Source: Steroidobacteraceae bacterium (GTDB taxonomy: Bacteria > Pseudomonadota > Gammaproteobacteria > Steroidobacterales > Steroidobacteraceae). Taken from it: 64,000 nucleotides of DNA. The position numbers were made by a program, and so were the translations under genes. Each line of letters begins with the position of its first letter. Positions within the stretch are counted from its first letter, which is position 1. The DNA lies in the NCBI GenBank assembly GCA_039917615.1, contig JBDSJD010000031.1:19718-83717 (forward strand), read 5' to 3'. Positions 1-9,459 of the stretch are shown piece after piece. The notes beneath the pieces were generated by a model that was given only the letters and a program-made list of their open reading frames with translations, searched no databases and was not told the DNA's origin.

Positions 1-433
1 CGACCATCGCGATGAAGGCCGGATAGCCGAGAAGCTCCCAGTATTTCGCGTAACGCCAGAACAACTGGGGCAGTTCCGCGCCTGTGCACTGCGCAGCGCA
101 CGCCATGTCGCGCAATCTGATTTGCAGCCACACAACTGGCAGCCAGCAGATGCCGGTCAGCAGGTACAGTGCCAGCGTCCACTGTATCCACGGCGTTTCG
201 AACGTAACGCCGAGCATACGCATCAGCATGTAACCGGTCAGCGGCTGAACCAATATGGCCGGCGTCGTGAAGCACCAGTCGGCGACGACGACGAGCCGAC
301 TGACGGCTGCGATCGCCTCGATGTTTCGCGTGCGCAATGTAAAAAGCATGTAGAACGCACTGCCCGCACCGACGCCGACCAATACAACACTAGAGAGTAT
401 GTGCAGCAACTTGTACAGCAAGTACATGCTCAT
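1..433 (-). CDS. DUF2269-like integral membrane protein, partial (C-terminus lies outside the window)
   Basis: My own minus-strand translation from ATG at 433 gives MSMYLLYKLLHILSSVVLVGVGAGSAFYMLF...WLPVVWLQIRLRDM...FWRYAKYWELLGYPAFIAMV. The frame is open to position 1 and contains several hydrophobic helices. It is missing from the ORF track because there is no stop in the window. Confidence 0.55.
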   Translation of the reverse strand, partial: MSMYLLYKLLHILSSVVLVGVGAGSAFYMLFTLRTRNIEAIAAVSRLVVVADWCFTTPAILVQPLTGYMLMRMLGVTFETPWIQWTLALYLLTGICWLPVVWLQIRLRDMACAAQCTGAELPQLFWRYAKYWELLGYPAFIAMV

Positions 434-536
434 GCGGCCTGCCCTCCTCTTCCGTGATGTCTATATAATCCACAACAAGGCCAGCAGCGCGGCATTTTTC
501 AGCAATGTGCATCCGCGTGGTGCTACTCTCTTCCAC

Positions 537-1382
537 ATGAAAATGCTCCTCCTTGTGCTGACCCTGTCGATGATGCCCCAGGCGTACGCGGCCGACTGGC
601 AGACCGCGCCAAAGGCGGACTGGCAGGAGTTGTTCAACGGCCGCAATCTCGATGGCTGGGTGGTCAAGTTCGCCCATCACGAGCTGGCGGATAACTACGC
701 CGACACCTTCCGCGTCGAGAACGGCGCGATCCGGGTGGTGTACGACAAATACGGCGAGTTCGGCGACCGTTTCGGTCATCTGTTCTACAAGCAGAAGCTG
801 TCGCACTACGTGCTAGCGCTCGAGTACCGGTTCTTCGGCGTGCAGCCCACGGGTAGCCCCGACTACGCCAAGTTAAACAGCGGCGTGATGTTTCATTCAC
901 AGGCACCGGATACCATCCTCAAGGACCAGAACTGGCCAATTTCGATCGAAGCACAGTTCCTCGCCGGCGATCACACGACCATGAACGTCTGCACGCCGGG
1001 CACCGAGATCTTCATGAAGGGCGTGATGGTGAAGGCGCACTGCACGAACTCGACATCGAGAAAGTACGGCAACGATGAGTGGGTTGCGGTGGAACTGGAA
1101 GTGCTCGGCAGCGAGCGCGTGCGCCATCTGATCGGGGGCGAGACCGTGCTCGAATACGAGCGCCCGTCAATCGGCGGCGGCGTCGCCGCCGGATACGATC
1201 CGGCAATCAAGAAGGACGGCACCGTACTCGAGAGTGGCTACATCGCGCTGCAGGCCGAGAGCCAGCCCGTGGAATTCCGGAACATCCGGCTGCTGAACCT
1301 GTCGGGCTGCATGAACCCCGCGTCGCCGGCCTACCGTAAATACTTCGTGCATCGCGACGATTCGCGGTGCACCGGTCGGTGA
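537..1382 (+). CDS. secreted DUF1080 (3-keto-disaccharide hydrolase-like) domain protein
   Basis: ORF 399..1382 trimmed to ATG 537, which gives the signal peptide MKMLLLVLTLSMMPQAYA. Motifs WQELFNGRNLDGW, FRVENGAIRV and SGYIALQAESQPVEFRNIRL are typical of DUF1080. Confidence 0.8.
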   Translation: MKMLLLVLTLSMMPQAYAADWQTAPKADWQELFNGRNLDGWVVKFAHHELADNYADTFRVENGAIRVVYDKYGEFGDRFGHLFYKQKLSHYVLALEYRFFGVQPTGSPDYAKLNSGVMFHSQAPDTILKDQNWPISIEAQFLAGDHTTMNVCTPGTEIFMKGVMVKAHCTNSTSRKYGNDEWVAVELEVLGSERVRHLIGGETVLEYERPSIGGGVAAGYDPAIKKDGTVLESGYIALQAESQPVEFRNIRLLNLSGCMNPASPAYRKYFVHRDDSRCTGR

Positions 1383-1403
1383 CCTCGCTGCCCGGCCTGA
1401 AGA

Positions 1404-1727
1404 TCAGCCCGCCGGTTTCGCAGCCTCGTCGATCACCTGTTTGAGCTCGCCGCTCTGCATCATTTGCATGGCGATATCGCAGCCACCGATCAGCTCGCCC
1501 TTCACGTAGAGCTGCGGATAGGTCGGCCAGTTGGAAAAGCGCTTGAGTTCGTCGCGCAGTTCCAGGTCATCGAAGATATTGACGGCGTGGAAACTTGTGC
1601 CCAGATGCTTGAGCACGGCCACGGTCTGCGCCGAAAAACCGCACTGCGGAAAATCCGGCGTGCCCTTCATGAAGAGAACCACCGGTTCGGCGGCGAGATG
1701 CTGCTTGATACGATCTGCGACTTCCAT
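1404..1727 (-). CDS. grxD: monothiol glutaredoxin, Grx4 family
   Basis: CGFS active site (PDFPQCGFS). ATG at 1727 gives an N-terminus (MEVADRIKQHLAAEPVVLFMKG) colinear with E. coli Grx4. A GTG at 1745 is an alternative start. Confidence 0.9.
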   Translation of the reverse strand: MEVADRIKQHLAAEPVVLFMKGTPDFPQCGFSAQTVAVLKHLGTSFHAVNIFDDLELRDELKRFSNWPTYPQLYVKGELIGGCDIAMQMMQSGELKQVIDEAAKPAG

Positions 1728-1741
1728 CTGGTTTTCCCCGG

Positions 1742-2083
1742 TCACTTCACTGTCAATTCGTTGCGCACAGACTTCACGCCTTTGGCCTTACGCGCCAGGC
1801 TGCCGGCGGTGCTGCGTTGCGCCGCGGTCTTCACTTCGCCCTTGAGGCTCACATTGCCGTTGTAGGTGTCAACGTTGATCGACAGCGAGCGGATGCCCGG
1901 TTCGGCGATCAGACGCGCCTTGACATCGGCAGTAATGGCTACATCGGCAGCGATGCGATCAGCGGAGCGGTCGTCCTTGCCGACGTAGTAGCCGCCAGCG
2001 GCCGCGCCACCCACCACCGCCGCAACGCAGCCACAGAGGCTGCTGCAGGCCAGCAGCAGCCCAATTGACAGCATGCGTTTCAT
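1742..2083 (-). CDS. BON domain lipoprotein (OsmY-like)
   Basis: ORF 1742..2119 trimmed to ATG 2083. Lipobox-like MKRMLSIGLLLACSSLCGC, followed by a single BON-type domain (VDTYNGNVSLKGEVKTAAQR). Confidence 0.75.
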   Translation of the reverse strand: MKRMLSIGLLLACSSLCGCVAAVVGGAAAGGYYVGKDDRSADRIAADVAITADVKARLIAEPGIRSLSINVDTYNGNVSLKGEVKTAAQRSTAGSLARKAKGVKSVRNELTVK

Positions 2084-2150
2084 AAATTGAATTATGGGGT
2101 TTGCTGGCCTATTCTTCAAACGCCATTTTTCCCCGGGGAGCTACAAACCA

Positions 2151-2726
2151 ATGAATCCACTCAATTCCGTCGCGGGCGCCGTCATTACGGGCGTCGTCCT
2201 CGCCATCATTCTGTTCGTGGGCATCGAGCCCAATCAGCTCCTCCATTTGAGCCTCGCGCGCTGGCTGCACATCCTGGTAGGCATCATGTGGATTGGCCTG
2301 CTCTACTATTTCAACGTGGTGCAGATCCCTGGCCTCGCGGCCGCGGCGGCGGACAAAGGCGGGCCCGGCGGAGCGGGCGTCGCCAAGTACATCGCGCCGC
2401 GCGCCCTGTTGTGGTTCCGCTGGTCGGCTTTGGCCACCTGGCTGACCGGCGCCTGGCTCCTGGGTCAGAATCTCCCTAAGGCACTCACCTTCCAGCCCGG
2501 ATATCTGATCATCGGCATTGGCGCCTGGCTCGGCACCATCATGCTGTTCAACGTCTGGGTGCTGATCTGGCCGAACCAAAAGAAGATTCTCGGCATCGTG
2601 GCTGCAAGCGACGGGGAGAAAGCCACGGCCCGCAAGATCGCCACCATGGCCTCGCGTACGAACTTCGTGCTGTCGATTCCGATGCTGGCATGCATGGCAG
2701 GCCAGTCGCACGGATTGCCGTTCTGA
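2151..2726 (+). CDS. polytopic membrane protein resembling the N-terminal membrane domain of PuuD/urate hydroxylase
   Basis: ORF 2094..2726 trimmed to ATG 2151. Four to five hydrophobic helices. The HILVGIMWIGLLYYFNVVQ motif is recalled from PuuD-type proteins. No cytochrome c domain is present. Confidence 0.45.
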   Translation: MNPLNSVAGAVITGVVLAIILFVGIEPNQLLHLSLARWLHILVGIMWIGLLYYFNVVQIPGLAAAAADKGGPGGAGVAKYIAPRALLWFRWSALATWLTGAWLLGQNLPKALTFQPGYLIIGIGAWLGTIMLFNVWVLIWPNQKKILGIVAASDGEKATARKIATMASRTNFVLSIPMLACMAGQSHGLPF

Positions 2727-3577
2727 CATCACGCAATACGGGCGGCGCACTGCCGCCCGATATTCCGGCACAGGTCGCGCGCGCGCTGTCCGAAGACATC
2801 GGCACTGGCGATGTCACGGCCGCGCTTGTTCCTGCTGATGGCATTGCCAACGCCACGCTGATCACCCGTGATGCGATGCTGCTGTGTGGCACGGCATGGG
2901 TGGATGAGATCTTCCGGCAGCTGGATCCTGCTGTGGTCGTCAAGTGGCGGGCACAGGACGGCGCGGCAATGACAGCCAACAGCGTGCTGTGCGAAATCGC
3001 AGGTCCAGCGCGCGCCATCCTGACCGGTGAGCGCACCGCACTGAACTTTCTGCAGACACTGTCAGGCACTGCCACCACCACGAGCCAGTATGTGGCCGCG
3101 GTCGCAGGCACGACTTGTCTCATCCTTGACACTCGCAAGACCATTCCCGGTCTGCGCCTGGCGCAAAAGTACGCGGTACGCTGTGGCGGCGGGCGCAATC
3201 ACCGCATGGGTCTTCACGACATGGTGCTGGTGAAGGAAAACCACATCATTGCTGCGGGCTCCATCAAGGCCGCAATCTCTGCGGCGCGGGCGAACAGCCC
3301 GGGAGTGCCGGTGGAAATCGAGGTGGAGTCGCTGGCAGAGTTTCGTGAAGCGCTGGCGGCCAACCCGGATGTCATCATGCTGGATGAATTCAGTCTCGCG
3401 GACATGCATGCGGCCGTAGCAGCACGCAACGCCGCCGCTACCGCCGTACGCATCGAGGCCTCTGGCGGGTTTAACCTTGATGGCATTCGCGCCGTGGCGG
3501 AGGCCGGCATCGACTACATCTCGATCGGATCCCTGACCAAACACCTGCGCGCCATCGACCTGTCGCTGCGCTTCTGA
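2690..3577 (+). CDS. nadC: nicotinate-nucleotide diphosphorylase (carboxylating) / quinolinate phosphoribosyltransferase
   Basis: LSEDIGTGDVTA, ERTALNFLQTLSGTAT, LDTRKTIPGLR and KYAVRCGGGRNHRMGL are NadC hallmarks. The start is uncertain: ATG 2690 overlaps the upstream gene by 37 nt. Confidence 0.9.
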   Translation: MHGRPVARIAVLTSRNTGGALPPDIPAQVARALSEDIGTGDVTAALVPADGIANATLITRDAMLLCGTAWVDEIFRQLDPAVVVKWRAQDGAAMTANSVLCEIAGPARAILTGERTALNFLQTLSGTATTTSQYVAAVAGTTCLILDTRKTIPGLRLAQKYAVRCGGGRNHRMGLHDMVLVKENHIIAAGSIKAAISAARANSPGVPVEIEVESLAEFREALAANPDVIMLDEFSLADMHAAVAARNAAATAVRIEASGGFNLDGIRAVAEAGIDYISIGSLTKHLRAIDLSLRF

Positions 3578-3580
3578 ACC

Positions 3581-6268
3581 TCAGCCCTGTGTTTCGGACG
3601 GGTGCGGCGTCTTGCTCAGCCGGCTCGGCTGCGCGATGCCATAGCCCTGCGCATAGTCGACACCCAGGCCAGCCAGCGTGCGGATGATCTCCGCATTCTC
3701 CGCGAATTCCGCAATCACCAGCTTGCCGGTCAGATGACCGATCTCGTTGATCGAACGCACCATCTCGCGATCAATCGGGTCGGTGAGGATGCCGCGCACG
3801 AAGCTGCCGTCGATTTTCAGGTAATCGACGGGGAAATGCTTGAGGTAGCCGAACGATGACATGCCGGTGCCGAAATCATCCAGCGAGAACTTGCAGCCCA
3901 GTTCCTTCAGCGACTTGATGAAGCGGTTGGCCTGGGAGAAGCTCGCCACTGCCGAGGTCTCAGTGATCTCGAAACAGATCTTCGATGCGTCGAGACCGCT
4001 CTTCTGGAACTGTTCGATGACGAACGGCAGGAATTTGTCGTCGCCCAGGCTCTGGCCGGAAAGGTTGATGGCGCACATCAGCAGGCGTTCGCGCTCATCC
4101 GCCTCTGAAACCAGCCAGCGCATCGTGTTCTCGATCACCCATCGATCAATGGCCGGCATGATGCTGTAGCGCTCGGCCGCGGCAATGAAATGCTCGGGCG
4201 AAACAATCTTGCCGGCTTCATCGCGCATGCGAACCAGGATTTCGTAATGTTCGCCGTCTTCCTTGGTCTGCAACGGCATGATGGGCATGCGATACAGCTC
4301 GAAACGGCCTTCATCCAGCGCTGCGCTGATGCGCGCTGCCCACTGCGTCTCGCGCCGGCGGCGCATGAGCTCGATATCATTCTCCGCGAAGCTGTGCACG
4401 CGATTGCGGCCCTGCTCCTTGGCCGCGGCGCAGGCGCCCTCGGCGGCCGACAGGATCGATGCAACGTCTTCGTTGTCGGCCGTGATCGGCACCACGCCGA
4501 CGCTGGCGCTGAGCTTGAACAGACGGTCTTCCCACTCGAAGCGGAAATTCTTCACCGCTTCGCGCATTACCTCTGCGGCACGCAGAGCGTCTTCCAGGGT
4601 GCAGCTTTCCAGCAGCACGCCGTATTCGTCGCCACCAAGACGCGACAATGTATCGCGCCACCGAACCTTGGATTTCAGCAGCGCGCCGACAAGTCCCAGC
4701 AGGGTGTCGCCTGCGGCGTGGCCGCAGGAATCGTTGATCATCTTGAACTGGTCGATGTCCAGGTGGCAAAGCGCGTAGGACCCTTCCAACGCCCGCGCGC
4801 TCTTCAAGCAGCGTTCGATGCGACTCTCGAACTCGCGGCGGTTGACGAGGCCGGTGAGCGGATCGTGGCTGGCGTGATATGACAGCTTGCGGTTGAGCTC
4901 CCGGCTTTCGCTCACATCGTGGAACACGAGCACTGCGCCGCACACCTTGCCGTGGCCGTCGCGAATCGGCGCGGCGGTGCTTTCCACGTATAGTTCGTTG
5001 CCATCGCGACGGATCATCAGCACCGGCCGTGTCGCCTTCAACGGCCGCACGCGTCGGATCGAACCGGTGAGCGGATTTTCCAGCGGCTCGCAGGTTTCTT
5101 CGTGGAAGGCGCGGAACACTTCGTCCACATTGCGCCCCATCGCGTCTTCCAGGCGCCAGCCCGTCAGGGTCTCCGCGACGGGATTGATGTAATCGATGAT
5201 GGAGTCCGCATCGGTGGTGATGACGCCGTCACCAATAGCCTGCAAGGTGATCTGCGCGCTCTCTTTTTCACGAAACAGCGCCTCTTCATAAAGTTTGCGC
5301 TCGGTGATATCGAGCTCGACGCCGATCAGTCGTTGCAGCCGGCCGGCCGGGTCGATCCGGCCCTTGGCGCGGCTGATGACCCAGCGGTAATCCCCATTGC
5401 AGTGGCGCATCCGGTGCGTGCTTTCGAACAGCGGCAGCGCCCCCGACACATGCTTGAACATCGCATCCTGAACCCGCGACAGATCGTCCGGATGCACCAT
5501 GCCGCGCCAGTCGACGATATCGTCGGGGCCGAGGTGGGCATACCCCATCATCGCCTTCCAGCGTTGCGACACATACAGCTTGTTGCTGTCGAAACTGAAG
5601 TCCCAGAGCCCTTCGTTCGACGCGGCATCAATCAGGGTGTTGCGCTCAGTCAGCTCCGTAAGTTGCGCGGCCATGGCCATGCGTTCCAGACCTGAGGTGA
5701 GGCTGGTGCCAATCAATTTCAGCAGCAGCTGGTAATTGACGTCCCAGGGGCCCTGACCTTCCACACGGCCGATTGCCAGAACGCCAGCAGGACGGCGGCG
5801 CATGTGCAGGGCAACCAGCAGCAGGGAACTGAAGCCCAATGCCGCGAGCCTCGCTGCTTCGGCCTGATCTTCGCGCCCATGCTGCGAGGTATCGCGGTAT
5901 TCCGTCAGCCGCAGATGATCGAAGCGGGACAGCAGGAATGGAAACTGCGCCAAGTCGGCGCCCTTGAGAGCCACGAAATTCCCGACCACAAACTCGCTCT
6001 GCGCCACGGTGCAGTTGGCAAACTGCTCGCCCGCCTCATCCAGCAAGGCGACGAACGCCAGATCGGCGCCGGTGGCGCGTCGCAGGGTTTCTAGGGCAGC
6101 GGCAATGACTGGCTCGGAGTTGCGCTCTGACAGGTTCTGCAGATCAACCGCAGCCTTGGTGCATTCCACATCCAGGCCGAGATCCGCGCCCTTGTACGCG
6201 GACAGTGAACTTGCCAACACGTCCGAGGCGCCAGCATCAACCGACGAGACCTGGCGGATGGAGGACAT
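3581..6268 (-). CDS. GAF-PAS-PAS-GGDEF-EAL cyclic-di-GMP signalling protein
   Basis: 895 aa. GGDEF domain with RWRD I-site and a GGDEY variant signature. EAL-domain motifs are present (YEILVR, NLSG, EITE, DDFGTG, KIDG, QG). Confidence 0.9.
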   Translation of the reverse strand: MSSIRQVSSVDAGASDVLASSLSAYKGADLGLDVECTKAAVDLQNLSERNSEPVIAAALETLRRATGADLAFVALLDEAGEQFANCTVAQSEFVVGNFVALKGADLAQFPFLLSRFDHLRLTEYRDTSQHGREDQAEAARLAALGFSSLLLVALHMRRRPAGVLAIGRVEGQGPWDVNYQLLLKLIGTSLTSGLERMAMAAQLTELTERNTLIDAASNEGLWDFSFDSNKLYVSQRWKAMMGYAHLGPDDIVDWRGMVHPDDLSRVQDAMFKHVSGALPLFESTHRMRHCNGDYRWVISRAKGRIDPAGRLQRLIGVELDITERKLYEEALFREKESAQITLQAIGDGVITTDADSIIDYINPVAETLTGWRLEDAMGRNVDEVFRAFHEETCEPLENPLTGSIRRVRPLKATRPVLMIRRDGNELYVESTAAPIRDGHGKVCGAVLVFHDVSESRELNRKLSYHASHDPLTGLVNRREFESRIERCLKSARALEGSYALCHLDIDQFKMINDSCGHAAGDTLLGLVGALLKSKVRWRDTLSRLGGDEYGVLLESCTLEDALRAAEVMREAVKNFRFEWEDRLFKLSASVGVVPITADNEDVASILSAAEGACAAAKEQGRNRVHSFAENDIELMRRRRETQWAARISAALDEGRFELYRMPIMPLQTKEDGEHYEILVRMRDEAGKIVSPEHFIAAAERYSIMPAIDRWVIENTMRWLVSEADERERLLMCAINLSGQSLGDDKFLPFVIEQFQKSGLDASKICFEITETSAVASFSQANRFIKSLKELGCKFSLDDFGTGMSSFGYLKHFPVDYLKIDGSFVRGILTDPIDREMVRSINEIGHLTGKLVIAEFAENAEIIRTLAGLGVDYAQGYGIAQPSRLSKTPHPSETQG

Positions 6269-6364
6269 TTACCGATACTTCCCCTGAGTTGCAGCCAGTG
6301 TTACCGAAGTCGCAATTGCTTCGCCGCGACCTGCAACACAGTTCACTTACGGGAGGATTCTGTC

Positions 6365-6394
6365 ATAACTTGTAAGGAAAGCGATACAAGTTAT
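6365..6394 (-). terminator. AT-rich hairpin overlapping the stop of the GT2 gene (weak terminator candidate)
   Basis: Perfect 10-bp inverted repeat, ataacttgta (6365-6374) and tacaagttat (6385-6394), with a 10-nt loop. No clear U-tract. Confidence 0.3.
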
Positions 6395-7374
6395 TGCCCA
6401 GAATCAAGTTTATCTCCGGGCCCATCTGACCTGGCAGGGCCGGAAGTCATGCGTTCGATGATGTAACGAGGCCGGCGCTTCACCTCGACGTAGATCTTTG
6501 CAACGTATTCACCCACGAGCCCCAATGACAACAACTGCACCCCGCCCAGGGCGTAGATCGGCAGCGTGGTGGATGCCCAACCTGGAACGGCATGGTCGGT
6601 AAACAGTTTCACACCCAGAACCCACAGGGACACCCCCATGGCGACCAGAAACAGCAGGGCACCGGTCGCAGCAATCATGCGTAATGGCACAGCGCTGAAA
6701 GAGGTGACCCCGTCGATGCCCAGACCGAGCATGCGGGTCAGGGGATACTTCGTCTCCCCCGCCAGTCGCAGCTGCCGGTCATAGAACACGTTCTGGGAGC
6801 GAAAGCCCAGCTGCGGAATCAGTCCGCGCAGAAACAGGTTGGTCTCGGGATACTCCGCCAGTGCCTGCAAGGCGGCCCGCCCCAGCAGGCGGAACTCGGC
6901 ATGGTCAGGTACTACTTCCACTCCCAGTACGCGCAGCAGCGCGTAATAGCGGCGGGCACTCCAGCGCTTGAAGAACGAGTCCTGCACACGGCTGCGCCGC
7001 ACACCGAACACCACCTCGTTGCCAGCCCGGTGCGCATCGATCATTTCCTCGACCACGCTGGTATCGTCTTGAAGGTCCGCATCCAGCGAAATGACTGCAT
7101 CGCCATCCGCACTCATGAGGCCTGCCAGCAGCGCATTCTGGTGTCCGCGATTGCGCGACAGTTTCACGCCAATGATGTTTGCGTGCTGCCCGGCCAGCGT
7201 CTCGATCAGCTGCCATGTGCCATCACGACTGCCGTCATCGACCAGCCACAGGTTGCTGTCCTGCGCCACCTTGCCCTTCGCCTTCAATTCATCCAGCAGC
7301 AGCAGCACCTGGCGCACGCAGCCGGCAAGCACGGCTGCTTCGTTGTAGCAGGGAATGACGACGCTCAGCCGCAT
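6391..7374 (-). CDS. GT2 polyprenyl-phosphate glycosyltransferase (GtrB/ArnC/DPM1-like)
   Basis: ORF 6391..7581 trimmed to ATG 7374 (MRLSVVIPCYNEAAVL). Has DDGSRDGT and a DADLQDD DXD motif. Two C-terminal TM helices are typical of Und-P sugar synthases. Confidence 0.85.
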   Translation of the reverse strand: MRLSVVIPCYNEAAVLAGCVRQVLLLLDELKAKGKVAQDSNLWLVDDGSRDGTWQLIETLAGQHANIIGVKLSRNRGHQNALLAGLMSADGDAVISLDADLQDDTSVVEEMIDAHRAGNEVVFGVRRSRVQDSFFKRWSARRYYALLRVLGVEVVPDHAEFRLLGRAALQALAEYPETNLFLRGLIPQLGFRSQNVFYDRQLRLAGETKYPLTRMLGLGIDGVTSFSAVPLRMIAATGALLFLVAMGVSLWVLGVKLFTDHAVPGWASTTLPIYALGGVQLLSLGLVGEYVAKIYVEVKRRPRYIIERMTSGPARSDGPGDKLDSGQ

Positions 7375-7375
7375 G

Positions 7376-7771
7376 TCAGTTGCTCCGCAAAAAGGTCCAG
7401 TGTCGATGCGCAGAGAAGTTCCACAGCAGGTTGACCGCCGTGGCGCACAGCTGCGCCAGCATGTACTGCCACTGAAGATAGCCGTGCAGCAGCTGCATGA
7501 ACAGGGTGTTGAGGGCGAGGCCAGTGACCAGCACCGCGACAAATCGCAAGACCAGCGTCGCATGGGGCGCGCCGCTGCCATAGGTGTAGCGACGGTTCAG
7601 CAGATAGTTTGCAACCGCGCTGGCCAGGTAACCGAGCGTCGATGCCACGACTGCGTCCATCTCCAGCCACTCCACGCCTGCAGCGAGCAACAGGTACTGG
7701 ATCACGGTGCACAACGCCCCCACCATGGCGAACCGCAGGAACTGCGCCACCCATCGGTTTGAAGCGGTCAA
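7376..7771 (-). CDS. GtrA-family membrane protein (putative polyprenyl-P-sugar flippase component)
   Basis: C-terminal part of ORF 7376..8173. The TTG start at 7771 overlaps the upstream TGA (TTGA). Sequence: FLRFAMVGALCTVIQYLLL...NYLLNRRYTY...LWNFSAHRHWTF. Confidence 0.75.
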   Translation of the reverse strand: MTASNRWVAQFLRFAMVGALCTVIQYLLLAAGVEWLEMDAVVASTLGYLASAVANYLLNRRYTYGSGAPHATLVLRFVAVLVTGLALNTLFMQLLHGYLQWQYMLAQLCATAVNLLWNFSAHRHWTFLRSN

Positions 7772-9459
7772 GGAGAATAGGTGAAGTTGTATTGCGCATT
7801 GCCACGCGCAGCGCAGGTCGCATCCGGATTTCCAGATACCAGGAACCAGTTGCCGCGGCTGGACTCCCCTACCAGTTGTGCCTGCGTGTTGCTGAAACAG
7901 GGCTGCAGCATCTGCTCCTGCACCAGCAGTTGCCGGGCGGGCGCAGCCGCAAGCCAGGCTGCGGCATCGTGAATCTCGGCGTCTCCTTCGCGAAACCGCC
8001 GGTGCCCGAAATTCACCGTGGGGCGCCGCAGGTGCCACAGGAAGTGCTCGTGGTAGGCCAGCAGTCCGAGTTCTCGATGCGGCGCGGCCAGGGTTTCCAG
8101 GCGCGCAATGAAATCCCTCGCTGATCGAGCGCCATCCATCTGCGGCATCACCCAGAGACCGAGCACCAGCCACAGGGCGGTCATCGTCGATAGCAACGCC
8201 AGGTGGGCACGCGACAGGCGAAACACGCCCATCGAAATGGCGGCTGCCGCCGCTATCGTCAGGAGCGGCACAAAACTGGCAACTCCTCCTTCGGCAAGCA
8301 ATCTTGCGCCCCGACCCACATCGACAAAAGTGAGCCAGATATAACCGGCAGCGCAGAACGCGGTGATCAACCCTGCAAGGCCCAGCAAGGTGCGCTGCAC
8401 ACCGCGACGCCGCAGCAGCTCGGGCAACAGGTAGCCGGATGCCAGCGCAACCATGGGCAACGCCGACAAGATGTACACATCACGTTTGCCACGGCTGACG
8501 GTGAAGATCGCGATGTAGAAAACAGCGAACCCCAGGGGCAACAGCACGCGCGCATCCCGCGCTCGTAGCGCGTCGCGCCAGCGGGGAATCAGCCATGGCA
8601 ACAGCAGTACCAGTGGCAACCAGACGGTCGCCATCACCTGCAGGTAGTACCAGACCGGGCGATAGTGGTGCCAGGGATCCACAAAACGCCCAAAGGTCTG
8701 CACGAATACCAGTTCATGGAAGTAGTCGCGGATACCGGCATCATGTTGTGCGACTAGCCAGATTGGCACCAGCCAGGCTGCAATCACCGCCGCACAGGCG
8801 AGGCCGGACAGCAACCACATTGGCCAAGGCCGCTGCCAGCGCACGCCTGGCCAGCCGCGCCAGACAGCAAACAGCCAGGGGCATAACACAATGAACGAGA
8901 AGAACCCCACCACCTTGGTCAGCGCGCCCAGGCCCGCTGCGACGCCAGCGGCCATTGCCCAGCGCCAACCGCCGCCAAGCAGCAGTTGGCGCAGCAGGCA
9001 ATACAGCGAAAGCACCGTGAAAAACATCAGCAGCGCATCCTGCTGGGCGCGCCGCGATTGCAACGTGAACTGCACGGTGACCAGCAGCAGCAATGCCGCC
9101 GACAAGCCCGCCTCACGCGTCCACAGCCTGCGCCCCAGGTCATAGATCAGCAGCAACGTCCCGAGGCCAGCGAGCAGTGACGGCAGCAGGAAGCCGACCT
9201 TCTCCGAACCAGTGAGCCAGTAGCCTGCGGCCTGCATCCAGAACAACAGCGGCGGCTTGTCCTGGAAATAGTCGCCGCCGACCATCGGTATCAGCCAGTT
9301 GCCACTGGCAAGCATGTCGCGGGCGATGAGCGCAAACACCGGTTCATCCGCGGGCCATGGATTGCGCATCCCGAGACCCGCGCCAATGAACAGCAGTCCG
9401 AGGCCAATGATCAGCAACAGGTCACGCAGGCGAGGCGATTCTTGCGGCGCGTTCATCAC
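7768..9459 (-). CDS. GT39/ArnT-like GT-C glycosyltransferase (PMT_2 family)
   Basis: 563 aa and polytopic. N-terminal PWPADEPVFALIARDMLASGNWLIPMVGGDYFQDKPPLLFWMQA is characteristic of ArnT/PMT-type GT-C enzymes. Confidence 0.85.
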   Translation of the reverse strand: MMNAPQESPRLRDLLLIIGLGLLFIGAGLGMRNPWPADEPVFALIARDMLASGNWLIPMVGGDYFQDKPPLLFWMQAAGYWLTGSEKVGFLLPSLLAGLGTLLLIYDLGRRLWTREAGLSAALLLLVTVQFTLQSRRAQQDALLMFFTVLSLYCLLRQLLLGGGWRWAMAAGVAAGLGALTKVVGFFSFIVLCPWLFAVWRGWPGVRWQRPWPMWLLSGLACAAVIAAWLVPIWLVAQHDAGIRDYFHELVFVQTFGRFVDPWHHYRPVWYYLQVMATVWLPLVLLLPWLIPRWRDALRARDARVLLPLGFAVFYIAIFTVSRGKRDVYILSALPMVALASGYLLPELLRRRGVQRTLLGLAGLITAFCAAGYIWLTFVDVGRGARLLAEGGVASFVPLLTIAAAAAISMGVFRLSRAHLALLSTMTALWLVLGLWVMPQMDGARSARDFIARLETLAAPHRELGLLAYHEHFLWHLRRPTVNFGHRRFREGDAEIHDAAAWLAAAPARQLLVQEQMLQPCFSNTQAQLVGESSRGNWFLVSGNPDATCAARGNAQYNFTYSP

